A stretch of 51,875 bases of DNA from a virus (lineage: Duplodnaviria; Caudoviricetes): the IMG/VR virus record IMGVR_UViG_3300020109_000029, positions 1 to 51,875 of that record. The stretch is one strand, 5' to 3'. The translations under genes were made by a program, and so were the position numbers. A model generated the notes under the pieces. The model ran no database searches and had not been told where the DNA came from. It saw only the letters and a list, made by a program, of their open reading frames with translations. Below are positions 7,013 through 14,735 of the stretch, in pieces; the stretch's first letter is position 1; each line of letters opens with the position of its first letter.

Positions 7013-8530
7013 ATGAAACCCAAGCTCCTCGACCTTTTCTCAGGCATCGGCGGCTTCAGCCTGGGCCTTGAGCGCGCAGGCTTCGAAACCGTGGCGTTTT
7101 GCGAGATCGCACCGTCGCCTCGTCACCTTCTGGCGACTCACTGGCCGAACGTCCCCTGCTTTGAAGACATCACGACGCTGACCGCTGAAATGGTTGGGCC
7201 TGTCGACGCAATCTGCGGCGGCTTCCCCTGTCAAGACATTAGCTTCGCCGGGAAGGGGGCGGGTTTGGCCGGCGAGCGCTCCGGCCTCTGGAGAGAATAT
7301 GCACGATTGGTTCGCGAGCTACGACCCCGCTACGTCATCGTGGAAAACGTCGCAGCGCTCCTTGGTCGAGGACTTGGAGACGTTCTCGGAGACCTGGCCT
7401 CGCTCGGGTACGATGCGTGGTGGGATTGCATACCAGCTTCCGCCGTTGGCGCCCCTCACCGCCGCGACCGGCTCTGGATTGTTGCCTACCCCGGAGGCGA
7501 GCAACACGAAGGCTACGGCGATGCGCTCCGGAGGGAGATCGCCGCGGGACTTTCTCGCGCCGCTGCCCTCGTGGCCCACACCGACGGCAATGGACGGCCG
7601 GCGCGGGAACAAGCCCCCGAGACCGTGGGATGCGGGAGTCTATTTGCCGCAAGCGGTAGCGATGTGGCCCACGCCGCGAGCGACAGACGGCTCAAAGGGC
7701 GGTCCAAACCAGAGAGGCAGCAAGGGCGACCTTGCCCTGCCGGCGGCGGTGCATCGCTGGCCTACTCCGACGTCCAGCATGGCGAAGGGGTCGTCTCCGG
7801 CGTCACTGACGAGGAAGGACGGACAGGACCGTTCGAACGATCGGTTGGACCACGCCATGCAGGCCCGCGAGGGCAGTGGTCAGCTGAACCCGACGTGGGT
7901 CGAACTCTTGATGGGTTTTCCCGCTGGCTGGACGAAACCTATGGAGACCCGGAAGCCCATAAGGTAATATTGGCTTATGCCAATGCCTCGGAGGCCGGAC
8001 CCCGAAAAGCACTGCGAGACCTGCGGGACCGCATTCGTGCGGAAGATGACCGGCGGGCGGCTGGAGGACCGGTCAGTGTTTCTCCGTCGGAGGTTCTGTT
8101 CGCTTTCGTGCGCGAACACGCGCGGCGAGCTGAAGAAGGGCTCACATCACTGGAGGGCGCGGCGCCACCGTCTGACGGCGTGCGAAGCCTGCGGGGAACG
8201 AAGGGCGCTGCACGTCCACCACTGCGACCAGGACGAGACGAACAACGAGCCGGCGAACCTTCAGACCCTCTGCAAGTGGTGTCACAACTTCTGGCACGCC
8301 ACGCAGAAGCGGCTTGGATTGCCTATCGCTGGCCGGATGCCCGCGCTTCGCAGCCTTGGGTCCACGGATGGGAAGACGGGGTCGGCCGCGTAGCGACCGC
8401 AGTGCCGGCCCGCGTCGACAAGCTCCACGGGCTGGGAAATGCCGTGGTTCCACTCATCCCGGAAATCCTAGGCAGAGCCATCCTAGCCGCACAGGAATCC
8501 ATCACCACCCCCCAATCGAGAGCAGCCTGA
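7013..8530 (+). CDS. C5-cytosine DNA methyltransferase, large (alpha-like) polypeptide
   Basis: Motifs I (DLFSGIGG), IV (GGFPCQDIS), VI (ENV), VIII (HRRDRLWI), X (LGNAVVP); no motif IX in this frame. Confidence 0.92.
   Translation: MKPKLLDLFSGIGGFSLGLERAGFETVAFCEIAPSPRHLLATHWPNVPCFEDITTLTAEMVGPVDAICGGFPCQDISFAGKGAGLAGERSGLWREYARLVRELRPRYVIVENVAALLGRGLGDVLGDLASLGYDAWWDCIPASAVGAPHRRDRLWIVAYPGGEQHEGYGDALRREIAAGLSRAAALVAHTDGNGRPAREQAPETVGCGSLFAASGSDVAHAASDRRLKGRSKPERQQGRPCPAGGGASLAYSDVQHGEGVVSGVTDEEGRTGPFERSVGPRHAGPRGQWSAEPDVGRTLDGFSRWLDETYGDPEAHKVILAYANASEAGPRKALRDLRDRIRAEDDRRAAGGPVSVSPSEVLFAFVREHARRAEEGLTSLEGAAPPSDGVRSLRGTKGAARPPLRPGRDEQRAGEPSDPLQVVSQLLARHAEAAWIAYRWPDARASQPWVHGWEDGVGRVATAVPARVDKLHGLGNAVVPLIPEILGRAILAAQESITTPQSRAA
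7194..7967 (+). CDS. Nested +1-frame methyltransferase small (beta-like) subunit with TRD-like repeats and motif IX (start uncertain)
   Basis: Four (W/L)PTP repeats at 7482, 7572, 7665, 7758; LNPTWVELLMGFPAGWT resembles motif IX. Confidence 0.8.
   Translation: MGLSTQSAAASPVKTLASPGRGRVWPASAPASGENMHDWFASYDPATSSWKTSQRSLVEDLETFSETWPRSGTMRGGIAYQLPPLAPLTAATGSGLLPTPEASNTKATAMRSGGRSPRDFLAPLPSWPTPTAMDGRRGNKPPRPWDAGVYLPQAVAMWPTPRATDGSKGGPNQRGSKGDLALPAAVHRWPTPTSSMAKGSSPASLTRKDGQDRSNDRLDHAMQAREGSGQLNPTWVELLMGFPAGWTKPMETRKPIR
7977..8393 (+). CDS. HNH endonuclease nested inside the methyltransferase ORF (+1 frame)
   Basis: CETC..FCSLSC; CEAC...HVHHCDQDETNNEPANLQTLCKWCH; TAAGGT upstream. Confidence 0.82.
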   Translation: MPMPRRPDPEKHCETCGTAFVRKMTGGRLEDRSVFLRRRFCSLSCANTRGELKKGSHHWRARRHRLTACEACGERRALHVHHCDQDETNNEPANLQTLCKWCHNFWHATQKRLGLPIAGRMPALRSLGSTDGKTGSAA

Positions 8531-9109
8531 ATGACCGAGACAATGAAATCCGTAGAAGGTGGGGAGAAGCTTCAAACGCGCGAGCAAATGCTCGTCGACC
8601 TTTCCGCCCCCTCAGCCCAGCCCAGACCCCTAGAGCGGGGGGAGTTGGCGGAAGTCGGGCCGGAGACTTTCACCGTCGATGAACTGGCCCAAGAAATCCG
8701 GAGGGTGGACGGCAATCACGACCTTGGCGCGGGGGCCTTGGCCGAGGCTCTGACACCGTTCCTGCTCACCAAACTCGTGGCGTGTCGAAAGCTAGAGCGG
8801 ACATCAGTCCTAGCCGCCCTCGCCACCCAAGAGCGGGGAGAGCCATTCGGCTACTGGGTCCAACATACAGCGGCCGAGCCGGTCTTCCTGCGCCCGCCTG
8901 CTCACATTCCGTCGGGACCGAACTACCACGTCACGCCCCTCTACACCCACCCCGTCCAAGAGAGCCGGGGGGAAGTGGTCCTCGACGCTGCGGCGGTATA
9001 CCTGAGAGAGACCTACGGAAATTCCTATGGTCTAGACCATCCGGCCGACCGGGCCCGCATTTTCGCCGCCCTTCAGGACACCCCTCAAGCGTCGGAGGCG
9101 GGACGGTGA
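8531..9109 (+). CDS. Hypothetical early protein
   Basis: Starts right after the MTase stop; LAQEIRRVDGNHDLGAGALAE segment. Confidence 0.7.
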   Translation: MTETMKSVEGGEKLQTREQMLVDLSAPSAQPRPLERGELAEVGPETFTVDELAQEIRRVDGNHDLGAGALAEALTPFLLTKLVACRKLERTSVLAALATQERGEPFGYWVQHTAAEPVFLRPPAHIPSGPNYHVTPLYTHPVQESRGEVVLDAAAVYLRETYGNSYGLDHPADRARIFAALQDTPQASEAGR

Positions 9110-9414
9110 CCATGCCTGACAAAGCCTATGGGGAGTTGATCGAGCGGTTGGAACGTCTGGTGCCCATACCCTCGACGCCTAGCCGAAGCGCATTCGGAAA
9201 GTTGGTCAATCCCGACGGCCCCGAAGCCGTCGCCGCCCTCCGCCAACTGAACGAGGAAGTCCGGGTTCGCGACCGCATCATCGCTCGCCTGGTGAACTGG
9301 ATCACCGAAGAGGCCGGCGCAGAGCTTCCCTTCACGGAGGGCGATGAAGCCGACGAAGCCTTGGCCGAACTGATAACCGCCCGCGAGAACCTCAAGGAGA
9401 CCTCCCATGGCTGA
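9106..9414 (+). CDS. Hypothetical early protein
   Basis: GTGA coupling; GGAGG RBS. Confidence 0.65.
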   Translation: MTMPDKAYGELIERLERLVPIPSTPSRSAFGKLVNPDGPEAVAALRQLNEEVRVRDRIIARLVNWITEEAGAELPFTEGDEADEALAELITARENLKETSHG

Positions 9415-10288
9415 CGCCACCAACAGCGCCCCCGGTGTGGGGGAGGCCGCGAAGAACCTCGCCGAGATAGCAGCAGCAGTCGAGTTCGCTCCGGGCGACG
9501 GCCTGTCATTCCGGGAGGTGGGCGCGGTCAAGCTGGCCGCTGACATTCGCGCTGTCCTAGCCGCTCTCTCCCGCCCCCAGCCAGGGCCTACGAGGGAGGC
9601 TCTGAAAGCCGCTCTCGGCTGCATTCAGCCGAGGATCATTCCTACGGGCCGAGGCGGCGTGACGATCGGACTTGGCATGGATGGCGTGGATGAGGCGGCG
9701 GATCGTGTGTTTGCCCTCTTCTCCCCTCTAGGAGATCAGCCGACGGATTTGGGTGCATTCCGGGCTGACGCGCTCCATACCCAGCCGGGCGCCGAACAAG
9801 CTGTTCTAGGCTTGGAGGCAATCGCGCGTCAGGTGGAACGCTGGGCCTCCTTCGACCGCGAGGCTCGCGACCGAGAAGGGCTGACGACTACCGACGACAC
9901 GCACATCGTCGCGCCGCCGGTTTGGCCGACGCACGGTCAACTGCGGAACTGGGCGGGGCTTCTGCGCGAAGTCGGCTCGCGCCTGTCCGCCCTCAATCCC
10001 ACCGAGCGTGAGGACGGGCCGTGGGTAGGATGGCAGCCGATTGAAACGGCTCCGAAGGATGGGACGCGAATCTTCGTCTGGGCGGACGGCTACGAATGGC
10101 CGGAGGTAGTCGAGTGGCTGCCCTACGACGCCCGGATTGCCGAGGATGCGGGAGAAGCCGGATTCTGGACCTACGCCGAGACCTTGCTTGCTGATGCCAC
10201 AGATAGCTGCGGGTCGGAATATTGGAGCCACTGGATGCCCCTGCTCCCCGCCCCCTCCGCATCCCCTTCACCAGAAGGAGGGCGGTAG
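9407..10288 (+). CDS. Mosaic early protein with C-terminal DUF551-like domain
   Basis: WQPIETAPKDGT ... SHWMPL. Confidence 0.8.
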   Translation: MADATNSAPGVGEAAKNLAEIAAAVEFAPGDGLSFREVGAVKLAADIRAVLAALSRPQPGPTREALKAALGCIQPRIIPTGRGGVTIGLGMDGVDEAADRVFALFSPLGDQPTDLGAFRADALHTQPGAEQAVLGLEAIARQVERWASFDREARDREGLTTTDDTHIVAPPVWPTHGQLRNWAGLLREVGSRLSALNPTEREDGPWVGWQPIETAPKDGTRIFVWADGYEWPEVVEWLPYDARIAEDAGEAGFWTYAETLLADATDSCGSEYWSHWMPLLPAPSASPSPEGGR

Positions 10289-10498
10289 ATGGCTGATCTC
10301 AAGACGAGCGGACGCATCGAGGGCCTGAGAACGAAGATCGCGGCAATCATAGAACCCTCTGCCTTCCAGAGCCAACGCTGGCGTGGGCACCGCGCGATCA
10401 TGTTGAGGTATCAGGAAGACGCTCTCGCCAAGGCGGACGCCATCCTCGCCCTCTTCTCCCCTTCACCAGAAGGAGCCAAGCAAAGGGAAACAGAATGA
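10289..10498 (+). CDS. Hypothetical protein
   Basis: AAGGAG RBS; ALAKADAILALF. Confidence 0.65.
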   Translation: MADLKTSGRIEGLRTKIAAIIEPSAFQSQRWRGHRAIMLRYQEDALAKADAILALFSPSPEGAKQRETE

Positions 10499-10683
10499 GC
10501 GACAACACAGCCGAAGCCGTGGGGTTCGAGAAAGGCGAACTTCTTCGGAGGAAGAGCGGCGGGCTTTACACCTTCCTGCGCCCAGGGAGGCCTGGCTTTG
10601 TGTACGCGTTTTGCCATGAGCACCAATGCGAAGAGGCGTGGCCGGCCGACCATTTCACCCCCAAGCAAGGCGAAACAGAATGA
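10495..10683 (+). CDS. Hypothetical protein
   Basis: ATGA-coupled between junction repeats. Confidence 0.65.
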   Translation: MSDNTAEAVGFEKGELLRRKSGGLYTFLRPGRPGFVYAFCHEHQCEEAWPADHFTPKQGETE

Positions 10684-10895
10684 GCGACAAGGCAGCAGAA
10701 GCCGTGGAGGTGATGAAACCCTGTCCGTTTTGCGGAACGACAGCGGGGCTTTACTTAGCTAGCCGGAGCCTCGGCGACGGAAAGCCCTATGCCATCGACT
10801 GCGTGGGCTGCGGCATAGAGTTCACGCCTCGCGACGGCATGGACGTAATCTCCGCATGGAACCGACGCACCCCCACGGAAGGGGAAACAGAATGA
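10680..10895 (+). CDS. Lar-family (restriction alleviation-like) Zn-ribbon protein
   Basis: KPCPFCG ... CVGCG ... AWNRR. Confidence 0.8.
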   Translation: MSDKAAEAVEVMKPCPFCGTTAGLYLASRSLGDGKPYAIDCVGCGIEFTPRDGMDVISAWNRRTPTEGETE

Positions 10896-11089
10896 GCGCG
10901 GCGAACGACAACGGAGCGAAGATCTCGTACTCGTACCGTGAGGCCGTGGCCGCTACGGGCGCCAGCCGGAACACGCTCTCCAGAATGGTCGCGGCCGGTG
11001 AGATCGAGGCACGTCACCGCGGCCGGCGGGTTTTCATTCCGAGGGCCGAGCTGGAGCGCCATTTCGGGCCAATCGAAAGCGCTGCTTAG
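10892..11089 (+). CDS. xis: Excisionase (Xis-type winged HTH)
   Basis: SYSYREAVAATGASRNTLSRMV..G.I....GRRVFIPRAELE; next to attP and int. Confidence 0.85.
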   Translation: MSAANDNGAKISYSYREAVAATGASRNTLSRMVAAGEIEARHRGRRVFIPRAELERHFGPIESAA

Positions 11090-11306
11090 GGCGCGATTTA
11101 GGGCGGGGCAGGGAAATGGCCCTCAAACGCCCGCCAACACTGATTACTTCGAATCCCCCCCTCTCCGCCACAGCCTTGCCTCTGAATGTCACCCCTTGCA
11201 CCCCAGCCCCCAGGCTGCGCAAGGATTTGCGCCTGAGGCCCGCCACGTCAGGGTTTCAATCGAGCCCGAGCTTTTAGGGCGGGATTTAGGGCGGCTTTAG
11301 GGTGGC
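11086..11306 (+). repeat. Integrase arm-type sites, (T)TTAGGGCG x2 left and x3 right of the att core
   Basis: Copies at 11086, 11097, 11273, 11285 and 11296 (last is TTTAGGGTG). Confidence 0.8.
11148..11170 (+). other. attP core matching a tRNA-Ser-like 3' end
   Basis: TTCGAATCCCCCCCTCTCCGCCA = T-loop, 3' acceptor strand and CCA, without the 5' part of a tRNA. Confidence 0.85.
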
Positions 11307-11329
11307 GACCGTTTCTGTCGTGCCTGTAT

Positions 11330-11344
11330 GTTCTCCCTTCGTTC
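11330..11344 (+). promoter_or_regulatory. Alphaproteobacterial LexA (SOS) box upstream of integrase
   Basis: GTTC-TCCCTTC-GTTC, exact GTTC-N7-GTTC, ending 10 bp before the ATG. Confidence 0.75.
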
Positions 11345-11354
11345 CGAGGGAGAC

Positions 11355-12539
11355 ATGGCGCGCAAGGTCGATCGACTTAACTGGAAGCAGGTCCAAGGCC
11401 TGAGGGAGCCGGGGCTTTATGCCGACGGCGCCGGCCTCTACCTGCGCATCGATCAGACCGGCTCACGCCGATGGGTCTGGATCTTCCAGTATGCGGGTCG
11501 GCGGCGGGAAATGGGCCTAGGAAGCGCCGACGGGCAGAAGTTGGCCGAGGTCCGCGAGAAGGCCGACGAGGCGAGAGCGGTGCTGAAGCAGGGTCTCGAC
11601 CCGATAGCCGAGCGCCGGAAGGCCAACGAGCCACCGCCGGACAATCGGTTCAGCACCGTGGCGACGGCCCTCATGGACAACCTGCAGGAAGGCTGGAAGT
11701 CGCCGAAGCAGCGAGGGCAGTGGGAGGCCTCCCTCAAGCAGCACGCGCCGAAGATCTGGGATGCAGACGTGCGGGCCGTTGATACGGAGATGGTCCTGGC
11801 TGCGCTCAAGCCGATCTGGTCGAAGAACCGGGAGACCGCTTCTCGGGTCAGGTCGCGGATAGAACGGGTGCTGAGCGCGGCCAAAGCTAGAGGCCTGAGG
11901 GAAGGGGAGAACCCGGCCCTCTGGCGCGGACACCTGGACCAGCTATTGACCCGCTCGAAGCAGGAGAAGGGTCACCATGCGGCCATGCCCTATGGCGATG
12001 TGCCGGGGTTTCTCGTGCGCCTGGCTGAGCGCGACAGCATATCGGCCAATGCGCTCCGCTTCCTGATCTTCACCGCCGCTCGGTCTGGAGAGGTGCGTGG
12101 CGCCACGTGGGACGAGATCGATGGAGACCTATGGGTCGTGCCGGCCGAACGTATGAAAGGCGGCCGAGAACATCGCGTGCCGCTGAACGAGGGCGCGCGG
12201 GGTGTCCTGGACGAGATCGACGAGACTCTGCGGCGAGGCCTGATCTTTCCCGGGCTGAAGGGACCGTTGTCCGACATGGCCTTGGCGATGGTGATGAGGA
12301 AGCTGGGAGTGGTTAACGCCACGCCGCATGGGTTTCGGTCGGCCTTCAAGGACTGGGCCGTCGATTGCACGTCGTTTTCCGACGAGATCAGCGAGGAGGC
12401 CCTGGCCCATACCGTCGGGTCGAAGGTCCGCCAGGCCTACCGCCGCGGCTCGGCCATGGAGAAGCGCCGGCTCCTGATGGCGGCATGGTCGGATCATTGT
12501 TTCGGCCGGGTCGGCAACGTCGTTCAGTTGAAAGCCTAG
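11355..12539 (+). CDS. int: Tyrosine integrase, P4-like
   Basis: Arm-binding N-terminus (DGAGLYL..GRRREMGLG), TAARSGE, MKGGREHRVPL, HGFR, LAH, AY. Confidence 0.97.
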   Translation: MARKVDRLNWKQVQGLREPGLYADGAGLYLRIDQTGSRRWVWIFQYAGRRREMGLGSADGQKLAEVREKADEARAVLKQGLDPIAERRKANEPPPDNRFSTVATALMDNLQEGWKSPKQRGQWEASLKQHAPKIWDADVRAVDTEMVLAALKPIWSKNRETASRVRSRIERVLSAAKARGLREGENPALWRGHLDQLLTRSKQEKGHHAAMPYGDVPGFLVRLAERDSISANALRFLIFTAARSGEVRGATWDEIDGDLWVVPAERMKGGREHRVPLNEGARGVLDEIDETLRRGLIFPGLKGPLSDMALAMVMRKLGVVNATPHGFRSAFKDWAVDCTSFSDEISEEALAHTVGSKVRQAYRRGSAMEKRRLLMAAWSDHCFGRVGNVVQLKA

Positions 12540-12540
12540 A

Positions 12541-12831
12541 ATGTCAGGCCGTCTCTGGTTCAAGCCGTCTCAGGTCGCGGACACGACGTTGGTCCAGGCC
12601 GTCTGCACGTCTCCGAGTTGCCTGGCGCGGCGAACGCTGAACATGCAGGCGATGGCGGCCGAGAGCTTCGACTATCCGCTGATCCAGATAGAGAAGAAGC
12701 TACGATGCAAGGGTAGGGGGCTGTGCGGGACCAAGCTGGAGTGTGGTGCGGCCGTTGAAATCTTCGTCTGGGCGCCGCCGTGTGACGGACCCGACGGGAT
12801 CCAGGAGCGCCGGCCGGTTCTGAAGTCCTGA
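12541..12831 (+). CDS. Small Cys-rich putative Zn-binding protein
   Basis: CTSPSC ... LRCK..LCG; begins 1 bp after the int stop. Confidence 0.65.
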   Translation: MSGRLWFKPSQVADTTLVQAVCTSPSCLARRTLNMQAMAAESFDYPLIQIEKKLRCKGRGLCGTKLECGAAVEIFVWAPPCDGPDGIQERRPVLKS

Positions 12832-12834
12832 TCC

Positions 12835-13110
12835 ATGGGCATGAACCCACGCTTCCGCTTGTGGCGGAGGGAAGATTGGCAAGGATACTGCCCCACCATC
12901 GGGGAGATGGCCCGGCGCGGCTGGAGGCTGACCGCTCACTGTGATCGGTGCGGTCTGACCATGGCCGCCAATGTCGCGACAATCATCGCGGCGAAGGGCC
13001 GGGGCTGGTCTCCGTGGGGCGAAACAGCCCGATGTCGTCGGCTTCATTGTTCAGGCCGGATGAAGTTCAAGGCCTACTGCCCGAGGTCGAACGAGAAGAT
13101 TGAGGTTTAG
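12835..13110 (+). CDS. Small Zn-ribbon protein
   Basis: HCDRCG ... RCRRLHCSG. Confidence 0.7.
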   Translation: MGMNPRFRLWRREDWQGYCPTIGEMARRGWRLTAHCDRCGLTMAANVATIIAAKGRGWSPWGETARCRRLHCSGRMKFKAYCPRSNEKIEV

Positions 13111-13295
13111 GCGTCGCGCTTCAGCTTCTCTTCGATGGCCTCGCGGATGAAACGAGACCGGCCGTAGCTTCCAACCTGCTTGTCGATGCGGGCCAGAAGC
13201 TCCTCCGAAAGCTGAACCTTCGTCGGCCGGATCGTCATCGGTAGCGGCGGTTTGCCCATCCGTCCCGCGTTAGCGACTGGCAGTGGATTCGACAA
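13107..13295 (-). CDS. Ribbon-helix-helix (CopG-like) regulator
   Basis: TKVQLSEELLARID....RSRFIREAIEEKL. Confidence 0.85.
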   Translation of the reverse strand: MSNPLPVANAGRMGKPPLPMTIRPTKVQLSEELLARIDKQVGSYGRSRFIREAIEEKLKRDA

Positions 13296-13315
13296 CGGAA
13301 AGGGGCCTGTTTTTG

Positions 13316-13359
13316 TTGACGCGATAAACGGTGCCGTTTATATAAACAGGGCTGTTTAT
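13316..13359 (+). promoter_or_regulatory. Sigma70-like promoter overlapped by two tandem 18-bp palindromic operators
   Basis: TTGACG-N17-TATATA; ATAAACGGTGCCGTTTAT (13324-13341) and ATAAACAGGGCTGTTTAT (13342-13359). Confidence 0.8.
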
Positions 13360-13368
13360 GGAGGCAAC

Positions 13369-13602
13369 ATGTTTTGCAGCACGCGCATGGTTCTCGACAC
13401 GCGATGGGGATACGTCTCTCGCGAAGAGAGTTGCGATTACACCCGCCGCGAAGACGTTCCGCTTAAGGTCAAGCTGAACCCCCTTCGGTATGAAATCGGG
13501 ATCGGGCGGCGACGCCCGTGCCGCATCCGCATCAACAAGGGCAAGCGCGCGTGGCTTGTCGTCGCCAATGCGATCTACCGGCTGCGGCGGCTCGCCCGAT
13601 GA
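13369..13602 (+). CDS. Small basic hypothetical protein
   Basis: GGAGG RBS directly after the operators. Confidence 0.65.
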   Translation: MFCSTRMVLDTRWGYVSREESCDYTRREDVPLKVKLNPLRYEIGIGRRRPCRIRINKGKRAWLVVANAIYRLRRLAR

Positions 13603-13949
13603 GCGTCACTCGTCAGATGCGGCGCCACCAGGAGCGCATGGCGAGGAAGGGCAAAGTGCCGCTGACGCGGGGGAGCGCCTACGCGCCAGGGCCGACAACC
13701 GAGCGCCTTGTCGAGTGCGCCCTTATCGACCGGGACGGTGCGCTCCATCACGGGTTCAAGTCTCACTACGATCTTCGCGCTAGCCTCGGCCGGTCTCATC
13801 CCCATCAGCAGGATGTCGACGACACGTACGGCTTCTGGACCTCGGCCAAGCGGTTCGTCGACCGCCGCGAGGGCAACCCCATCGCCGCCGTGTCCGGCCA
13901 GTGCGTGCTCCTGCAGCGCGAAATGCTCTCAGCTGACGTCGACTGGTGA
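13599..13949 (+). CDS. Hypothetical protein
   Basis: ATGA coupling; YGFWTSAKRFVDRREG. Confidence 0.7.
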   Translation: MSVTRQMRRHQERMARKGKVPLTRGSAYAPGPTTERLVECALIDRDGALHHGFKSHYDLRASLGRSHPHQQDVDDTYGFWTSAKRFVDRREGNPIAAVSGQCVLLQREMLSADVDW

Positions 13950-14077
13950 TCGCCTAGGCCTGACCACCTTCCCACTTGGACAGGTGTCATGTTGGGCGCG
14001 AACATAAGAAAGGCCCCCGACGCGGCGGGGTGGACGGTGGCCCACTACTCCGCGCCGTCCGCTAATCTCCAGACAGC

Positions 14078-14112
14078 AAAAAGGCCCCGCCCGGCGTCCC
14101 GGACGAGGCCTT
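14078..14112 (-). terminator. Rho-independent terminator ending the late operon
   Basis: AAGGCCTCGTCCGG-GACG-CCGGGCGGGGCCTT followed by TTT on the - strand. Confidence 0.75.
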
Positions 14113-14170
14113 CATCAAGACAACCCCCAAGCAAGGGCGTCTATCGAATATCGGATTGGAGGTTGAAGGT

Positions 14171-14500
14171 CTAGCCGGGCGCGAGTCGTCTATACCACGG
14201 CCGCGTCTGTCGGATAGCCGCCTGGTCTCGCGCCTCGCAGCGTCGGATCGTCTCGATGGCGTCGGCCTTGTCCCGGTTGGCGATGCTCAACTGGCCGGTC
14301 TGGGCGATCCCGAACACCTGCCAATCCAGCGCCGCGTCTCCGCTGTTCTCCAGCACCGCCGAGGGGACGGGTTCAGCCCAACGGCCGGCGATAAGGGTCG
14401 AACAGCCTTCAGCGGGCGCAAGCACCTGGATTGAGCCTGCACAACCGGCGACGGGCAATAGCGTCGCGCTCAGCAGGATCAGTTTCGTTGCGGACAGCAT
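14171..14500 (-). CDS. o-spanin (Rz1-like lipoprotein)
   Basis: Lipobox VAGC after a signal peptide; overlaps the i-spanin. Confidence 0.75.
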   Translation of the reverse strand: MLSATKLILLSATLLPVAGCAGSIQVLAPAEGCSTLIAGRWAEPVPSAVLENSGDAALDWQVFGIAQTGQLSIANRDKADAIETIRRCEARDQAAIRQTRPWYRRLAPG

Positions 14501-14735
14501 CGGTGGCCTCCTTGACCTCGTTGCGGGTGGAAGAGTTGGCCGCGTCGTTGGCGTCGCGGACCTGGCTCGCGTCCTGGGCGGCGGCTGTGCGGCCGTCGGC
14601 GATGGTCCGGCTGGCCCGTTCGGCATCGAGGCGCTTACGGTCGCTGCACCACGACAGGACGACCAGGATCAGGACCAGCAGGCCGATCAGGGCGCCGATG
14701 GTCAGGACGGTGCGGAGGGTGAGGCGGGGGGTCAT
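14409..14735 (-). CDS. i-spanin (Rz-like)
   Basis: N-terminal TM helix, coiled coil, C-terminal Cys. Confidence 0.75.
   Translation of the reverse strand: MTPRLTLRTVLTIGALIGLLVLILVVLSWCSDRKRLDAERASRTIADGRTAAAQDASQVRDANDAANSSTRNEVKEATDAVRNETDPAERDAIARRRLCRLNPGACAR

Larger units (their letters stand above)
10476..10898 (+). repeat. Gene-junction repeats: GAAACAGAATGAGCG x3 (10487, 10672, 10884); 47-bp extended pair at 10476-10522 and 10661-10707
   Basis: Read directly; 5 mismatches in 47 bp. Confidence 0.9.

Noticed and set aside
10476-10898. CRISPR array
   Set aside because: The repeats are about 200 bp apart, enclose whole genes, and no cas genes are present.
11100-11170. Complete tRNA gene
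   Set aside because: Only the T-loop and 3' acceptor strand are present; the upstream sequence does not complete a cloverleaf.
11273-11306. Telomere-like TTTAGGG repeats
   Set aside because: Spacing of 11-12 bp and placement on both sides of the att core fit integrase arm sites.
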